Source of the DNA: Clostridia bacterium
Lineage (GTDB): Bacteria > Bacillota > Clostridia > TANB77 > CAG-508
NCBI GenBank assembly: GCA_029258515.1
Contig: JARHYK010000001.1
Coordinates: forward strand, 68,450 to 132,449
Direction of reading: 5' to 3'
DNA: 64,000 bases
Shown here: positions 29,548 through 39,331 of the stretch, piece after piece
Numbering within the stretch: position 1 is the stretch's first letter
Layout of the letters: every line of letters starts with the position of its first letter
Position numbers and translations under genes: made by a program
Notes under the pieces: model-generated
The model's input: the letters and a program-made list of their open reading frames with translations, nothing else
What the model was told of the DNA's origin: nothing
Database searches by the model: none

Positions 29548-30015
29548 ATGAAAAATAATCAAAAAGGTATTACACTTGTAGCACTAGTAATAACAATTAT
29601 AGTATTATTAATTTTAGCAGGTGTAACAATAGCAGCATTATCAGGAGATAATGGCATATTAAAAAGAGGGAAAGAATCAAAAGTACAAACAAATATTGCA
29701 AATGCGAAAGATTTAATAAGTTTAGAAGTTTCAGAACATATAACAACATTTTATAATGAAAAATATGTAGTCAATGCTTCAAGTGATGCAGATCTTTCAA
29801 CAGCAGGAGAAAATATAGGTTGGTTTGTAGGATTAAAAATGCAAAAATCTAAAGCAGCAGGAAATGGACAAGCAAGCAATGTAATAAAAACAGTAACTCC
29901 AGGAGCATCAACAAAAATTGAAACAAATGTAAAAGATGCAAATGGTGCAGCTTTAACAGCAACATTAGATAGCAATGGAAAAATCACATGGGCAGGAGAT
30001 GTTATGCAAAAATAG
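29548..30015 (+). CDS. pilA: Type IV major pilin (prepilin with class III signal peptide), copy 1
   Basis: MKNNQKG|ITLVALVITIIVLLILAGVTIAALSGDNGIL. RBS GGGGTG. The likely start is 29548, not the listed 29524. Confidence 0.8.
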   Translation: MKNNQKGITLVALVITIIVLLILAGVTIAALSGDNGILKRGKESKVQTNIANAKDLISLEVSEHITTFYNEKYVVNASSDADLSTAGENIGWFVGLKMQKSKAAGNGQASNVIKTVTPGASTKIETNVKDANGAALTATLDSNGKITWAGDVMQK

Positions 30016-30041
30016 TAAAAATATAATAGGAGGAAAATAAA

Positions 30042-30527
30042 ATGAAAAATAATCAAAAAGGTATTACACTTGTAGCATTAGTAATAACAATTATAGTATT
30101 ATTAATTTTAGCAGGTGTAACAATAGCAGCATTATCAGGAGATAATGGTATATTAAAAAGAGGAAAAGAAGCAAAAGTACAAACAAATGTAGCTAATGCA
30201 AAAGATTTAATCAGTTTGGAAGTTTCAGAAAATATAACAACATTTTACAACGAAAAATATGTAGTTGATAATTCAAAAGACGCAAATCTTACAACAGCAG
30301 GTGAAAACATGGGATGGTACGTAGCATTAAAAATGCAAGCTTCTAAAACAGCAGGAAATGGACAAGCAAGTAGCGTAATAGCTTCAATTACTCCAGCTAG
30401 TACAGCAGAAGGAACAAGTGTAATTACATCAAATGTAAAAGATGCTAAAGGACAAACTTTAAAAGCAACACTTGATAAAAATGGAAAAATCACATGGTCA
30501 GGAGATGCTTTAACAAACGAACAATAA
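30042..30527 (+). CDS. pilA: Type IV major pilin, copy 2 (tandem paralog, ~75% identical)
   Basis: Identical N-terminal 45 aa to copy 1. Divergent C-terminal globular part. RBS AGGAGG. Confidence 0.8.
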   Translation: MKNNQKGITLVALVITIIVLLILAGVTIAALSGDNGILKRGKEAKVQTNVANAKDLISLEVSENITTFYNEKYVVDNSKDANLTTAGENMGWYVALKMQASKTAGNGQASSVIASITPASTAEGTSVITSNVKDAKGQTLKATLDKNGKITWSGDALTNEQ

Positions 30528-30552
30528 TATAAACTAGTATACTAAATTATAT

Positions 30553-30579
30553 AGGCATATGCATGAAATGTATATGCCT
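30553..30579 (+). terminator. Hairpin (attenuator or partial terminator) downstream of the pilin genes
   Basis: aggcatatgcat-gaa-atgtatatgcct stem-loop. Weak U-tail. Confidence 0.4.
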
Positions 30580-30617
30580 TAAATTATAAAAATATGATAA
30601 AGGAGAACAAGGGGAAA

Positions 30618-31433
30618 ATGGATATAATATTTTACATATTTATATTTGTAATAGGGATATTATTTGGAAGTTTTTATACATTATGCGTATATAGAATACC
30701 AAAAACAGAAGATATAACACATACACGTTCATATTGCCCAAACTGTGGACATAAATTAGGCTTTTTTGACCTAATACCAGTGTTTAGCTATATCTTTTTA
30801 GGAGGAAAATGTAGATATTGCAAAGAAAAAATAAGACCAAGATATTTTATATTAGAGTGCCTATCTGGATTATTTTTTGTGGTAATTGCATATTTAATGA
30901 ACTTCAATTTACAAAATCTAACAATAAATAGTATTATTAACTTTTCATTTACAGTCTTATACTTTACATTTATAATATTAATGTCAGGAATAGATAAAGA
31001 ATATAGAAAAATAGAAAAAAGTGTAACAATATATGGAATTATTATATCTATAATGTATATGGTATATCTATACATAGTAGAAAAAGTTAATATACATAGA
31101 TATGCTATATATCTTGTTTGCTATATCTTAATGTTAGCAGTAGATTCAATAACATTAAAAAAATCAGCAAAAGATTGTTACTTAAATGGAATAATATTTA
31201 CACTAATAGCAATGTCAGTGTTTACACAAGGTAAAACAGCTTTATTAACATTAATAATAGTAGGATTATCAATATTAATTTATATAGGAATAAAAAAAAT
31301 AAATATAAAAACAAAGAAGCAAAGAGTAGAAAAAATAAAAATAGGAAACAAACTGACATTAGGATATTGCTTAGGAATAGCAAATATTTGTGTACTAATA
31401 TCAACACTAATTATCAAAAAATTTTTAATATAA
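30618..31433 (+). CDS. pilD: Prepilin peptidase PilD (A24 family)
   Basis: CPNCGHKL...CRYCKEK zinc-binding N-terminal domain. Multi-TM. Start 30618 follows RBS AAAGGAG. Confidence 0.85.
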   Translation: MDIIFYIFIFVIGILFGSFYTLCVYRIPKTEDITHTRSYCPNCGHKLGFFDLIPVFSYIFLGGKCRYCKEKIRPRYFILECLSGLFFVVIAYLMNFNLQNLTINSIINFSFTVLYFTFIILMSGIDKEYRKIEKSVTIYGIIISIMYMVYLYIVEKVNIHRYAIYLVCYILMLAVDSITLKKSAKDCYLNGIIFTLIAMSVFTQGKTALLTLIIVGLSILIYIGIKKINIKTKKQRVEKIKIGNKLTLGYCLGIANICVLISTLIIKKFLI

Positions 31434-31444
31434 AGAAGGTTAAT

Positions 31445-31891
31445 ATGAATTTTAAAAGTGAAAAAGGAATAACAGGTATAGATATAACGCTATCCATAAT
31501 ATTAATAACGATATTTATAGGAATTTTAGTAACACTATCATTTAATATAGAAACAAAAGTAAAAGAAACAGGAAGAAATGCTGAAGCTTTATATTATGCA
31601 ATAAATTCAATAGAACAAGTAAAAGGCTTAAATTTTAACGATTTACCTAAAACTACAGATCAAGTAAATAATAAAATACCAAGCCTAGAAGATGGATATG
31701 TCAAAAATAATATAGGGAAAGAAACCCCATATTATAGAACAACAGAAGTTATAGACTACACTCAAATTCCAGAAAACCAACAAAAAAATGCACAGCCAGA
31801 TGTAGCGAAAAAAATAACAGTAACAATATCATATAAAGACAAAGAAAAAGACAAAAATATAAATTTATCAGTTGTAAAGGTTAAAGAATAA
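31445..31891 (+). CDS. Minor pilin-like protein
   Basis: MNFKSEKG|ITGIDITLSIILITIFIGILVTL class III signal-like N-terminus. RBS GAAGG. Confidence 0.6.
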   Translation: MNFKSEKGITGIDITLSIILITIFIGILVTLSFNIETKVKETGRNAEALYYAINSIEQVKGLNFNDLPKTTDQVNNKIPSLEDGYVKNNIGKETPYYRTTEVIDYTQIPENQQKNAQPDVAKKITVTISYKDKEKDKNINLSVVKVKE

Positions 31892-31904
31892 GAAGGGAGA
31901 AAAT

Positions 31905-32345
31905 ATGAAAAACGAAAGAGGTATAACAACATCATCAGTAATTATATATGTAATAGTTGTATTAGTAGTATTAGCAACACTAGCAACAATTTCAACATAT
32001 TTTCATAAGCAAATAGAAACAGCGATATTTAAAGAAAAAAGTGCCAAAAACTTTACAACATTTATGAGCTATTTTGCACAAGACATACAAGAAGAAGGAA
32101 ACGGAATAACAAATGATAACATAAAAAATCAAGAAACAGCTAAAATAAAATTTACCAATGGAAATCAATATAATTATTCACTAGAAAATAAAAGTATATA
32201 TAAAAATAATGTAAAAATAGCAGATGATGTAGAATATTGTTCTTTTACGATAGATACAAATATACCAAATAAAAAATCTATAACATTAAATTTTATATCA
32301 GAAAACTTTAACAAAAATATTACCTTTTATATCAAAGAAAAATAA
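31905..32345 (+). CDS. Minor pilin-like protein
   Basis: MKNERG|ITTSSVIIYVIVVLVVLATLA N-terminus. RBS GAAGGGAG. Confidence 0.55.
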   Translation: MKNERGITTSSVIIYVIVVLVVLATLATISTYFHKQIETAIFKEKSAKNFTTFMSYFAQDIQEEGNGITNDNIKNQETAKIKFTNGNQYNYSLENKSIYKNNVKIADDVEYCSFTIDTNIPNKKSITLNFISENFNKNITFYIKEK

Positions 32346-32428
32346 TACAAAATAACAAAAAAACAACAAAAAAAATAAAAATATAGTATAATATAAACGA
32401 ACAACACAAATGAAAGGAGCGAAAAATA

Positions 32429-34066
32429 ATGGAATTAAGAATAAAACAACCTATAGGAATTGAACTTGTAAAAAAAGGGATTGTAACAGAAAATGATATA
32501 GAAAAAGCATTAGATTATCAACGAAACCATTCTAATATGAAATTAGGAGATATTTTATATGAATTAAATATATGTGACCCAGTAAAATTAATAGAAGAAA
32601 TAGGAGAACTAATAGGAGCAAAGGGAATTCTATTAACACATGATTTAATTAAAATTAAAGTAAATGATTACATTTCAATAGATATAGCAAAGGCCAATAA
32701 AGCAATACCATTTGAAGTATCAGGAGGAAAAATAAAAGTATGTTTTCCAAATATAATTGATAACCAAAAAATGAATACAATACGCTTACTATTTTTAAAT
32801 AAAGGTTTAGTAATGGAACCATATATAACGTTTCAACAACAAATAGATAAAGTATTGTCATCTTTAGAAGGGAATGCAAGTGAAAATATAACAAATACAG
32901 GAAAAAATACACCAATAACAGAATTAGTTGATAGTATAATAAAAACAGGAATAGAAAGACGTGCAAGTGATATTCATATAGAACCACAAGAAAAAGAATT
33001 AAGAATAAGATATCGTATAGATGGAGAACTATTTACAGCAGCTAAGATAGAAAAAGAAAAACAACAACAAGTAATAGGAAGATTAAAAGCAATATCAAAT
33101 ATGCATCAAGAAAAGCAAGAAGCGCAAGATGGTAGAATATTACTATATAATGACTATAATATTCGTGTATCATCACAACCAAATGTCTATGGAGAAAAAT
33201 TTGTTTTAAGACTATTAAAGAAAAATGTAAATATAAAAAGCATATTCGAATTAGGATACCCAGGAGATGAACAAAGCGTAAGAAAAAGCTTTAACAAAAA
33301 AAATAGTATAACAATAATAGCAGCACCAACAGGAGAAGGAAAAACAACAACACTATATAGTATAATAGATTATTTAAATAGACCAGAAATTAATATAACA
33401 ACAATAGAAGATCCAGTAGAAATAAGAATAGACGGATTAAATCAAATAGAAATAGGACCCAAAGCAACATTTTCAGGATCACTAAGAACTGTATTAAGAC
33501 AAGATCCAGATATAATTTTGGTAGGAGAAATTAGAGACTTAGAAACAGCAGAAATAGCAATACAAGCAGGACAAACAGGACATTATGTATTATCAACAAT
33601 CCACACAATAGATAGTATAGAAGTAATAAACCGTTTGAGAAAAATGGGTGTATCAAATTATGACATAGCAAGTATCTTAGCAACGTCAGTATCACAAAGA
33701 TTAGTAAGAAGAATATGTCCACATTGTAAAAAAGAAAGACAATTCACAGAAGAAGAAAAGAAGATAATAACAAAAATAATGGATAAATATGGTGAAAAAG
33801 TAGATTTTACAGATCTTAAAACATATGAAACAGTAGGATGCAAAATGTGTAATAACACAGGATACTATGGCAGAATAGGAGTATTTGAAATATTAAATGT
33901 AGCTGACGAAATAAAACAATTAATAGTAAATGGCTCATCAACAATGGAAATAAGAGAAAAAGCATTACAATTAGATTACAGACCATTAGTAGTAGATGGA
34001 ATAAAAAAAGTATTAAAAGGAGAGACAACTTTAGAAGAACTTAACAATAAATTATTAATATATTAA
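32429..34066 (+). CDS. pilB: Type IV pilus assembly (extension) ATPase PilB
   Basis: T2SSE N-domain. Walker A AAPTGEGKTTT. Tetracysteine CPHC...CKMC. Confidence 0.9.
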   Translation: MELRIKQPIGIELVKKGIVTENDIEKALDYQRNHSNMKLGDILYELNICDPVKLIEEIGELIGAKGILLTHDLIKIKVNDYISIDIAKANKAIPFEVSGGKIKVCFPNIIDNQKMNTIRLLFLNKGLVMEPYITFQQQIDKVLSSLEGNASENITNTGKNTPITELVDSIIKTGIERRASDIHIEPQEKELRIRYRIDGELFTAAKIEKEKQQQVIGRLKAISNMHQEKQEAQDGRILLYNDYNIRVSSQPNVYGEKFVLRLLKKNVNIKSIFELGYPGDEQSVRKSFNKKNSITIIAAPTGEGKTTTLYSIIDYLNRPEINITTIEDPVEIRIDGLNQIEIGPKATFSGSLRTVLRQDPDIILVGEIRDLETAEIAIQAGQTGHYVLSTIHTIDSIEVINRLRKMGVSNYDIASILATSVSQRLVRRICPHCKKERQFTEEEKKIITKIMDKYGEKVDFTDLKTYETVGCKMCNNTGYYGRIGVFEILNVADEIKQLIVNGSSTMEIREKALQLDYRPLVVDGIKKVLKGETTLEELNNKLLIY

Positions 34067-34086
34067 ACAAAAGGGGAAGAGAAAAC

Positions 34087-35199
34087 ATGGTAAATATGAA
34101 TAAAATTTTAGATGAGGCAATAGAAAAAGATGCATCAGATATACATTTAATATCAGGAAATAAACCAATTTTAAGAATTTCAAGAGAACTAAAAAGAATA
34201 GAAGAAATGGAAGAATTAACTCCAGATGATATGACCGAAGTTTATGACTTTTTAGTAAGAGGAAATATAAATAAAGATGAAGTGTTTAGAGAAACAAGAA
34301 AACTAGATACATCATATGAATATAAAGGAATACGTCTAAGGGTAAATATATCAAATTCATTTGATGTACCACTTTGCACATTGAGATTAATAAAAAACAC
34401 TTTACCATCATTTGAAGAATTAGGAGTTCCAGATATAGTAAGAAGAATGACATATCAACCACAAGGACTAATCTTAGTAACAGGAAAAACAAACTCTGGA
34501 AAAACAACAACTTTAAACTCATTAATAAATGAAATAAACGAAACACAAACAAGAAAAATATTAACACTTGAAAATCCTGTAGAATTTAGACATCATTCAA
34601 AAAAGTCACTAATAGTACAAAAAGAAATAGGAAGAGGACAAGACTCACTATCATTTAGTGACGGTGTTAAAAACTCATTAAGAGAAGATTGTGATATTTT
34701 AGTAATAGGAGAAATAAGAGACAAAGTAACAATGGAAGCGGCAATAGAGATGGCAGAATCAGGACATTTAGTAATTGGAACATTACACACAAAATCATGT
34801 GCAGAAACTATAGATAGAATGATAAATTTTTATGAAGTAAGAGACCAAGCAAGTATAAAATACCTATTATCAGCACTATTAAAATTAGTAGTATCACAAA
34901 GATTATTAAAAGGAAAAGATGGAAAATTAGTATTAATACCAGAAGTAATGGTAGTAGATAATATAGTAGCAGGAATAATTAGAAAAGAAAAAATAAGTGT
35001 AGCTGAAATAGAAGATGCAATACAAAGTAATGCAGAAAAGGGAAGTATAGGTTTAATAAATTCAATAGCAAAAGCATTTGTTGAAGACAAAATAACATTA
35101 GAACAAGCAAAATCACAAATAGAAGAAAAAAACCTAGAAATATTAAATAGAACAATAATGCAATTGAAAATCAGAAAGGATAATATAGGAGGATATTAA
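34087..35199 (+). CDS. pilT: Type IV pilus retraction ATPase PilT
   Basis: Walker A GKTNSGKTTT. PilT-type motifs. Lacks the PilB N-domain. Confidence 0.85.
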   Translation: MVNMNKILDEAIEKDASDIHLISGNKPILRISRELKRIEEMEELTPDDMTEVYDFLVRGNINKDEVFRETRKLDTSYEYKGIRLRVNISNSFDVPLCTLRLIKNTLPSFEELGVPDIVRRMTYQPQGLILVTGKTNSGKTTTLNSLINEINETQTRKILTLENPVEFRHHSKKSLIVQKEIGRGQDSLSFSDGVKNSLREDCDILVIGEIRDKVTMEAAIEMAESGHLVIGTLHTKSCAETIDRMINFYEVRDQASIKYLLSALLKLVVSQRLLKGKDGKLVLIPEVMVVDNIVAGIIRKEKISVAEIEDAIQSNAEKGSIGLINSIAKAFVEDKITLEQAKSQIEEKNLEILNRTIMQLKIRKDNIGGY

Positions 35200-35201
35200 T
35201 A

Positions 35202-36545
35202 ATGCCTACATTTATATATAAAGCAGCAACAAAGACAGGTACAATAGTAAAAAATAAAGTAGAAGTACCAACAAAACAAACTTTAGTTAGAATGTTAAAA
35301 GAAAATGATTTATTGCCAATAAGTATTGATAAAATTGCCTATGGACCAAAAAATCAAAGAAAACAAAAAAAGAATAAAACAGATATGGAAGAATTCATGA
35401 AAAACCTAAATACTACTGACATAAGAACAAAAAACGAAAAAAAATCAAATACAGAAAAAATAAAACAATATTTTGAGAAAAGTAAAAAAATAACATCAAG
35501 AGATATAGTAGTATTTACACAAAATTTCTACTTACTAAAAAAAGCAAACTTCAACAATATACATGCACTAAAAACAATCTTAGAAAGTACAGAAAATTAC
35601 TTTTTAAAACAAATAATAGAAGATATATTAGCAGGAGTTGAAGCAGGAGAAAATATATATACAACGATGGAATATTATTCAGATGTATTTCCATATATTT
35701 ATACAAATATGATAAAAGTAGGAGAATTATCAGGTTCGCTTACAAACTCATTAGAACAAGCAGTAAAATATTTAGATGATACAAACGACTTAAATAAAAA
35801 ATTAAGAAATATATTGATACCAAACATAATACAATTTGTACTACTATTAGTAATGTTAGTTGTAGGAACGTTAGTAGCAATACCAGCAATACAAAATGTG
35901 TATCAAGAACTAGGTTCAAAAGATGAATTACCTAAAATGACACTTATGTTTCAAAGATTCATGAACGTAGCAATCCAGTATTGGTATATACCAGTATTAA
36001 TAATAATAGGAATAGTTTCAATTATATTAATATATATAAAAACTCCAAAAGGAAAATACAACTTTGACTATTTCAAATATAAAATGCCAATATTTGGAGA
36101 GTTAATATTTGCACTTGACTTTTCAAGACTTATTAAAGCAATGTTGCTGAACTTACAAAATGGTATGAGAATACAAGAAGCAATGGATGTAAGCAAAAAC
36201 GTAATAAAAAATTATGTAATGCTATCAATAATAGAAACATCAATAAATAATATGCTAATAGGAGCTTCATGGATAGAACCATTTGAAAAATCAGGATTGT
36301 GTAAACCTATGATGACAGAAATGTTAAATATAGGAATGAAAACAGACTTAACAGAAATGATGGGAAAGTTAGTAGAATATATGCAAATAGATATAGATGA
36401 TATAATGGATAAGATAATGAAAGCGTTACCACAAGTTGTATATTCAATAGTGGGAATAGTTTTAATATTCTTTGTAATAGTAGTATTAGTACCTTGTATC
36501 AGTGTGTACATGGGAGGATTCCTATTCTCAGCATATTTAGATTAA
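35202..36545 (+). CDS. pilC: Type IV pilus platform protein PilC
   Basis: Two repeated T2SSF domains, polytopic. Confidence 0.85.
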   Translation: MPTFIYKAATKTGTIVKNKVEVPTKQTLVRMLKENDLLPISIDKIAYGPKNQRKQKKNKTDMEEFMKNLNTTDIRTKNEKKSNTEKIKQYFEKSKKITSRDIVVFTQNFYLLKKANFNNIHALKTILESTENYFLKQIIEDILAGVEAGENIYTTMEYYSDVFPYIYTNMIKVGELSGSLTNSLEQAVKYLDDTNDLNKKLRNILIPNIIQFVLLLVMLVVGTLVAIPAIQNVYQELGSKDELPKMTLMFQRFMNVAIQYWYIPVLIIIGIVSIILIYIKTPKGKYNFDYFKYKMPIFGELIFALDFSRLIKAMLLNLQNGMRIQEAMDVSKNVIKNYVMLSIIETSINNMLIGASWIEPFEKSGLCKPMMTEMLNIGMKTDLTEMMGKLVEYMQIDIDDIMDKIMKALPQVVYSIVGIVLIFFVIVVLVPCISVYMGGFLFSAYLD

Positions 36546-36550
36546 AAAAC

Positions 36551-36617
36551 GATCCTTTTAGGGACGTTCTTAAAAGGATTTCAAAATAATTCTTTATAAG
36601 AACGTCCTAAAAAGATT
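36551..36617. repeat. Two inverted copies of a ~29-31 bp palindromic interspersed repeat (GATCCTTTT(T)AGGRACGTYC...AAAAGGATC family) between pilC and tktB
   Basis: gatccttttagggacgttcttaaaaggat (36551-36579) and tctttataagaacgtcctaaaaagatt (36591-36617). Related copies at 49566-49596, 49662-49691 and 54181-54211. Confidence 0.7.
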
Positions 36618-36634
36618 AAGAAAGAAGGAAAAAA

Positions 36635-37558
36635 ATGAAAAACGAAAAAAAAGCAACACGTCAAAGCTATGGAGAAGCTTTGTTAGAGCTAGGAAAAGAA
36701 AATGAAAAGATTGTAGTATTAGATGCAGATTTATCAAAAGCAACAAAAACAAATATATTTGCCAAAGAATTTCCGAAAAGATTTTTTGATATTGGAATAG
36801 CAGAACAAGATATGTTAGGAACAGCAGCAGGACTTGCAACATGCGGTAAAATACCATATGTGAGCACATTTGCAATGTTTGCAGCAGGAAGAGGGTATGA
36901 CCAAATTAGAAATAGTATATGCTATCCAAATTTAAACGTAAAAATATGTGCAACACATGCTGGAATAACAGTAGGCGAAGATGGAGCAACACATCAAATG
37001 TTAGAAGATATATCTTTAATGAGAACTATACCAAATATGAAAGTAATATCAGTAAGCGATGATATTGAAACAAAATGGGCAGTAAAAGAAATATCAAAAA
37101 TAGAAGGACCTGTATATTTAAGACTTTCAAGACTAGCAACAAATATAATATATGAAGAAAATCAAAAATTTGAAATTGGAAAAGGAATTGAAATAGGAAA
37201 TGGAACTGATGGAACAGTTTTTGCGACAGGCGTAACTGTTAGCCAAGCATTAAAAGCAAAAGAAGAGTTAAAAAAACAAGGAATAAATATTAGAGTAGTA
37301 GATATCCACACAATAAAACCAATTGACAAAGAATTAATCATAAAATCAGCAAGAGAAACTAAAAAATTAGTATCAATAGAAGATCATAATATAATAGGTG
37401 GACTAGGAAGTGCAATATCAGAAGTATTAACAGAAAATGAGCCCAAAAAATTAATAAGACTAGGAATAAAAGATACTTTTGGAAAATCAGGAAAAGCAGA
37501 AGAATTGATGGAAAAATTTGAAATAACTTCTAAAACAATAATTAAACAGTTTATTTAG
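36635..37558 (+). CDS. tktB: Transketolase, C-terminal subunit (split-type tkt)
   Basis: 307 aa. Pyrimidine-binding and C-terminal domains (GEDGATHQ, IRVVD...). No N-terminal subunit gene adjacent in the window. Confidence 0.8.
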   Translation: MKNEKKATRQSYGEALLELGKENEKIVVLDADLSKATKTNIFAKEFPKRFFDIGIAEQDMLGTAAGLATCGKIPYVSTFAMFAAGRGYDQIRNSICYPNLNVKICATHAGITVGEDGATHQMLEDISLMRTIPNMKVISVSDDIETKWAVKEISKIEGPVYLRLSRLATNIIYEENQKFEIGKGIEIGNGTDGTVFATGVTVSQALKAKEELKKQGINIRVVDIHTIKPIDKELIIKSARETKKLVSIEDHNIIGGLGSAISEVLTENEPKKLIRLGIKDTFGKSGKAEELMEKFEITSKTIIKQFI

Positions 37559-37748
37559 AAGTATGTGAATTTTTTGTGAAATAAAAAAATATTTAAAATT
37601 AAAAAACTTGAAAAAATAAGCAAATAAGGAAAAAAAAAGAAGAAAAACCACAAAATAAATAGAAAAAAAGTATTGCAAAAAATGAAGATTATTGTTATTA
37701 TATATAAGAAATAAGATAACGTAATTAACCCCGAAAGGAATGTAATAA

Positions 37749-38435
37749 ATGATAGAATTTAGAAATGTATGTAAAACATATGATACAGGAACAAAAGCAC
37801 TAAAAAATGCTAATTTCAGAATAGAAAAAGGAGAATTTGCATTTTTAGTAGGTTCATCAGGAAGTGGAAAATCAACCTTGATGAAATTAATATTAAAAGA
37901 AGAAGAACCAACATCAGGAAACATAATAATAAATGGAAAAGATACAACATTTTTAAAACCAAATAGAGTACCTTTTTTAAGAAGGAGTATGGGAGTTGTA
38001 TTCCAAGATTTTAGACTTTTACAAGATAAAACAGTATATGACAATGTAGCATATGCAATGTATATAGTAAGAGCAACACCAAGACATATTAGAAGACAAG
38101 TACCAATGGTTTTATCACTTGTAGGATTAAGTAATAAAGCAAAAATGTATCCAAATGAATTATCAGGAGGAGAACAACAAAGAGTAGCATTAGCAAGAGC
38201 TCTTGTAAATAATCCATCAATGCTAATAGCAGATGAACCAACAGGAAACTTGGATCCAGATACAGCATGGGACATAATGAATTTATTAAATGATATTAAT
38301 TTAAGAGGAACAACAGTAGTAGTTGCAACACACGCAAAAGATATTGTAGATAAAATGAAAAAAAGAGTTATAGCTATAGATAAAGGCAGCATTGTAAGAG
38401 ATGATAAAAAAGGTGGGTATAATCGTGAGATATAA
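37749..38435 (+). CDS. ftsE: Cell division ABC transporter ATP-binding protein FtsE
   Basis: GSSGSGKST, LSGGEQQR, IADEPTGNLD. Confidence 0.9.
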   Translation: MIEFRNVCKTYDTGTKALKNANFRIEKGEFAFLVGSSGSGKSTLMKLILKEEEPTSGNIIINGKDTTFLKPNRVPFLRRSMGVVFQDFRLLQDKTVYDNVAYAMYIVRATPRHIRRQVPMVLSLVGLSNKAKMYPNELSGGEQQRVALARALVNNPSMLIADEPTGNLDPDTAWDIMNLLNDINLRGTTVVVATHAKDIVDKMKKRVIAIDKGSIVRDDKKGGYNREI

Positions 38436-39321
38436 CAGATTAGGATATTTAATAGGAGAAGGATTTAGTAATATATTTAAAAATAAAAAATCAACAGGGG
38501 CATCACTTATGATAATGTGTGCAACAATGATAATTTTTGGTGTATTTTTAATACTAGGAGAAAACATAAATAAATTTGTATCAGATATCAAATCAGAACA
38601 AGGATTTCAAGTATTTATAAAAGTAGATGCAACAGATGAAGAAATAAAAAAAGTAGAAGAAGAAATAAGAAAACTAGATAATATAAGTACTGTAGAATTT
38701 GTTTCAAAACAAGATGGATTAAACATAATGAAAGAAAGGCTAAAAGAAAAAAAAGGTGTATTAGATGGGTTTAATATAGATAGAATAAAAGCTTCATATA
38801 TGGTAAAAGTAGATAAACTAGAAAAAAGTAAAGAAATCCAAGACAAAATTCTAAAAATGGACAATGTAGCCAAAATAACAAGTAGTGATGAAACAATAAC
38901 AACATTAATAAATTTAGCAAAAGGTGTTAGAATTGTAACAGGAGTTATACTTCTATTATTAGTAGTAATTTCAATTTTCATAATAGCAAACACAATTAAA
39001 TTGACAATGCACGCAAGAAGAAAAGAAATATCAATAATGAAATACGTAGGAGCAACAAATGGCTTCATAAGATGGCCTTTCATCGTAGAAGGTATGATAA
39101 TAGGAATAGTAGCAAGTTTAATATCAATATTAATAGTAGGAGGGGTATATAATCTAATTGCAAAACAATTAATAAATACATCTTTTATAAAACAAATAGG
39201 AATGAACCTAGTTGGATTTAGTGATATGATAACGACAATAATAATAGTATATATGCTTTTAGGAATGGGAATAGGTGTTATAGGAAGTATGATATCTATG
39301 AAGAAATATTTAGAAGTATAA
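38401..39321 (+). CDS. ftsX: Cell division permease-like protein FtsX
   Basis: Four-TM FtsX topology with a large extracellular loop. The probable true start is GTG 38425 (RBS AAAGGTGG), which overlaps the ftsE end. Confidence 0.85.
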   Translation: MIKKVGIIVRYNRLGYLIGEGFSNIFKNKKSTGASLMIMCATMIIFGVFLILGENINKFVSDIKSEQGFQVFIKVDATDEEIKKVEEEIRKLDNISTVEFVSKQDGLNIMKERLKEKKGVLDGFNIDRIKASYMVKVDKLEKSKEIQDKILKMDNVAKITSSDETITTLINLAKGVRIVTGVILLLLVVISIFIIANTIKLTMHARRKEISIMKYVGATNGFIRWPFIVEGMIIGIVASLISILIVGGVYNLIAKQLINTSFIKQIGMNLVGFSDMITTIIIVYMLLGMGIGVIGSMISMKKYLEV

Positions 39322-39331
39322 AGGAGAAAAA

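Noticed and set aside
36635-37558. Reading the tkt C-terminal subunit as a frameshifted full-length transketolase.
   Set aside because: The upstream sequence is pilC plus repeats with no transketolase N-terminal homology in any frame. Split tktA/tktB is normal in clostridia.
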